Assembly (NCBI RefSeq): GCF_963921235.1
Contig: NC_086097.1
Location: 63,552,001-63,616,000 of the forward strand
Length of the DNA: 64,000 bases
Direction: 5' to 3'
From: Mobula hypostoma
Lineage: Eukaryota
Position numbers and translations under genes: made by a program. The notes under the pieces were generated by a model that worked only from the letters and a program-made list of their open reading frames with translations, had not been told where the DNA came from and ran no database searches. Positions 61,201 through 64,000 of this stretch are shown here, piece by piece. Each line of letters starts with the position of its first letter. The stretch's first letter is position 1.

Positions 61201-62135
61201 TGTAAGGAGAAACTAAACAGTTAGCCTTCGGATTTAACCTTTGGATTTTAAAAACTTTTGTGCTTCAATAGTCAAGCGGAACCATTCAAGAGAACCGTTT
61301 TTAAGTGTAATTCTGAGTCAGGCTGGGTCCGAAGGAAAGGCTTGAAACCCATATTTAAAAACTCAGACATAACTTTTTTGAATTTAACACGTTCCTACAT
61401 AACCTCAGGCAAATAATCTTCAACAATTCTAATCTTGCAACCATTGCGGTCAATCATGCCTCTTCGACAAGATTCACGAATTAAGAGTTCCTTTGTTTTA
61501 AATTCATGAAAGCAGATTATTACTGATCTCGGTTTCTGAGCGTTAGGAGATCTAAACACAGGAGATCTGTGAACTCACTCAATCATAGGCACAGATGTCA
61601 AAATCTCTGGAAATAATTCTTGCAAAAAGTTTGCATAAAACTCCATAGGATGGTTACCTTCAATTAATTCTTCAAGACCCAGAACCCATAAGTTGAACTT
61701 TCTACTTCCATTTTCTAGGTCGATAATCTTCTGACTTAACTTTTCTTTGGGACTTCGATTGCTTTTCACAAAGCTTCTGCAATTCATCCACCTCTGTTTC
61801 CAGAGCAATCAAATTTTCCACATTATTCTTAATACGTTTATCATGTTCATTAAGAGTTTGTTGAATGAGTCCAATTTACCATCTATTTGTTTAAATTCAG
61901 TGCTGAATTGTTGAAACTTCTCAGAGGCTTCTCGTTTATGACTTTGCAGCAATTCCATATTAGAATCCAAAGAGGCAGGAAAATCATCCTTTTCAGTATC
62001 TCTGGCACTCCTTCCAACCATAATGAAAGAATATCACACTTAAAAAGAAGTTTCAAGACAGGTTGGAAATAGTAAGATAATTAAAGTTGGAGCAATGGCA
62101 GATTGCTGTTACTCCATCAGCCACCACCAGGAAAT
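58226..62135 (-). mobile_element. L1 LINE 5' portion (ORF1, APE endonuclease, start of RT), decayed
   Basis: ORF1 pieces 61575-62021 (IIDLENGSRKFNLWVLGLEE). ORF2 start at 60492 (INLLSLNMKRLNHPVK...IFLQETH), 60093-60419 (ANVYAPNVDD), 58994-59746 (KAPGPDGFSGEF). GSLPQSFYEASISLILKKNKDPTECS at 58226-58304. Confidence 0.93.
58305..58998. mobile_element. Solo LTR (694 bp) with 4-bp TSD inserted in L1 ORF2
   Basis: TGTAAG...GCTACA termini; TSD TACC at 58301-58304 and 58999-59002. Excision restores the L1 frame DSFKLG|SLPQSFYEAS. Confidence 0.92.
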
Positions 62136-62589
62136 CTCATCATTCATTTTTAGCAATAATTAATTTCACATCTCCTCTCAGTGTTTGCTGTAATTACAAT
62201 TATGGCAAGCTGTCAAAATCAAATCGTACTAGAAAGATTGTTCCATATACAATCACAGTATTAAATAATCGGCTCAAGCATAATTAAATAAACTGTCTCC
62301 TTTGCATGCAAAATTGTTTCAAAAGGTACCATGATGCAACCCCAGCAAAATGTTACTAATAATTCATTTACACTATTCCAGAGTTTTGACCCAATACATG
62401 GATGATTCCTTTCCCCCTTCAGGTGCTGCTCTATCTACTCAGTTCCTTCAGCAGTTTATTTGTTACAGCCTTTCCTTCTTTTGTTGCTGATATTTCTTTC
62501 TTCTCATTTATTGTGTAATATCAAAATAATCATGAATATTGCATCATAAGAGCCATTTTGCATGGAAACAGGCTCTTCATCTCAACTGG

Positions 62590-63372
62590 CCCATCTCAGG
62601 AAGAATGAGACTAGTGCAAGAGAACTTGCTCCTGCCTCCACTGTGGTGATCTAGAGCATTTCCAAGCATCGTGCCCCAAGCGCCCAGTAAAAGAGGATAT
62701 CCATCAGCAGGAAGGGGAATCAGACAGGTTGATTCTCTCTACAAGCATCTTCCCCTTATCATGTAATGCTTCCAGCTTACTTGTCATGGGGGTCCCAGAC
62801 CCATGAGATTCAGGTATTTATTGACTCCAGCACAGCCGGAAACCTCAGGGATATCTGATGGAAAGTTCTGACTTGACAATTGAAATAGAATATCAATGTC
62901 AAGGCTCTGGAAAGTTAGCCTCTGGGCACCAGCAAGATTCTCCTTTCCAAAGAACCCCTCCAATTCATGCCAGAAGGCGACCCTTCTATCTTGTTGACTC
63001 ACCTGAACTGCAGTTAATTCTTGGCCTTCCCTGCCTATCTCGGCACAACCCATGGACCAACTGGTCTCTAACAGCACTCCAACAGTTGTGATTAGCACGC
63101 CTGTCTACCTGTCTGGGTCCAGCTCAAGCTACTGCCAGCATATCCCCTCCTATGCCAACTGCTAATGTGGACCTGTCTGGTCTTCCAGCTTACTTGAGAT
63201 TGCCCACTTCACTCTCCCCAAGCTCCTATCAGCTCATGAGACCATCATCCTCATGGTTCAGCATATGTTCAGGCTGCATGGCTTCCTTCTGATTAAGCAC
63301 CACAGTTCAGGTCCCACTTTTGGAGGGCTTGCTGTTCTCTTTTGGGAGCCACAATCAGCCTCTCATCAGGTT
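62590..63372 (+). mobile_element. Heavily deleted sushi/Ty3-Gypsy remnant (knuckle, protease, integrase pieces)
   Basis: CLHCGDLEHFQASCP knuckle at ~62634; IQVFIDSSTAGNL protease at ~62808; ILGLPCLSRHNP in 62858-63091; integrase-like LPKLLSAHET...VQHMFRLHG...HFWRACCSLLGATISLSSG at ~63200-63372. Confidence 0.85.
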
Positions 63373-63373
63373 A

Positions 63374-63566
63374 GGGTCACTGTAGTGTAGTGGTTAGCAC
63401 ATTGCTTTACATCCCCAGCAGCACGGGTTTAATTCCCACTGCTGTTTGTAAGGAGTTTGTACGTTCTCCCCGTGACCATGTGGGTTTCCTCCAAGTGCTC
63501 TGGTTTCCTCCCACAGCCCAAAGACATACCAGCTGGGAGGATAATTTGCCATTCTAAATTGTACCA
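63374..63566 (+). mobile_element. tRNA-derived V-SINE (HE1-like), 3'-truncated
   Basis: A-box 'tagtgtagtggttag', B-box 'gggtttaattccc', V-domain 'ggagtttgtacgttctccccgtgaccatgtgggtttcctccaagtgctctggtttcctcccaca'. Confidence 0.88.
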
Positions 63567-64000
63567 TTTCATTTTAAATTACTTTCTGACTGTGGATTGG
63601 ATTGGATTGCATTTGACTCTGAAATCGCAAAGAAAAAAAACTGCCCGCTGGGAAAACTATTTCCCAAGACTAAACAATGGAAACATGCTGCATTAGAATT
63701 TGTAGGCCAGATGCTTTGGCACATGCTCGTAACCCAGGTGCTGGGAAGCTATTATTACTGAATTTGATATATAGTTGAGATCTGCAATTTGCCTATATCA
63801 AAGACTGATATTCCTCAAGCTTACTTGCAACAACATAGGAGTCCGAATAATGAATAACAAAAGAGGATTAGAATTGAGCATTAAATTTAACAGACAAACA
63901 GAGGCTCAAGGTCACACTTATGGAACATTAGTCACCTTTAACGTTTCTGGGTGGCTATCCTTGCCCAACATTACCTATCACTCAATAAAGACTTTCATCA

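Noticed and set aside
63374..63440. tRNA gene
   Set aside because: The A/B boxes belong to the V-SINE head; no complete cloverleaf.

Overview
Eukaryotic, repeat-dominated, gene-poor DNA from a vertebrate. The repeat families (SacSINE1-type DeuSINE, HE1/V-SINE, shark-type CR1, Rex1/Babar and Penelope) point to a cartilaginous fish, probably a batoid; this is inference. No intact host protein-coding gene, rRNA, tRNA or CRISPR array is supportable. (1) 4074-27103 is a 23-kb almost pure C/T tract with higher-order duplications; the giant Pro/Ser/Leu and Gly/Glu/Arg ORFs are artefacts of it. (2) A young Penelope-like element (PLE) family carries a minimal type-I hammerhead ribozyme (TAGTC-CTGAyGA-AGG-gtctcgg-CCT-GAAAC-GTC^GACTG). 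It occurs as a 233-bp near-perfect hairpin insertion, a 1.1-kb inverted-arm insertion with a GIY-YIG fragment (both with 14-bp target-site duplications and the same 32-nt arm asymmetry), and a ~100-bp insert inside a CR1. (3) The rest is nested, decayed CR1, Rex1/Babar, RTE, L1, Gypsy and Tigger elements, solo LTRs and SINEs, with a few repeat-free stretches that look like candidate enhancers or unassigned exons. All family assignments come from motif recognition, not database searches.
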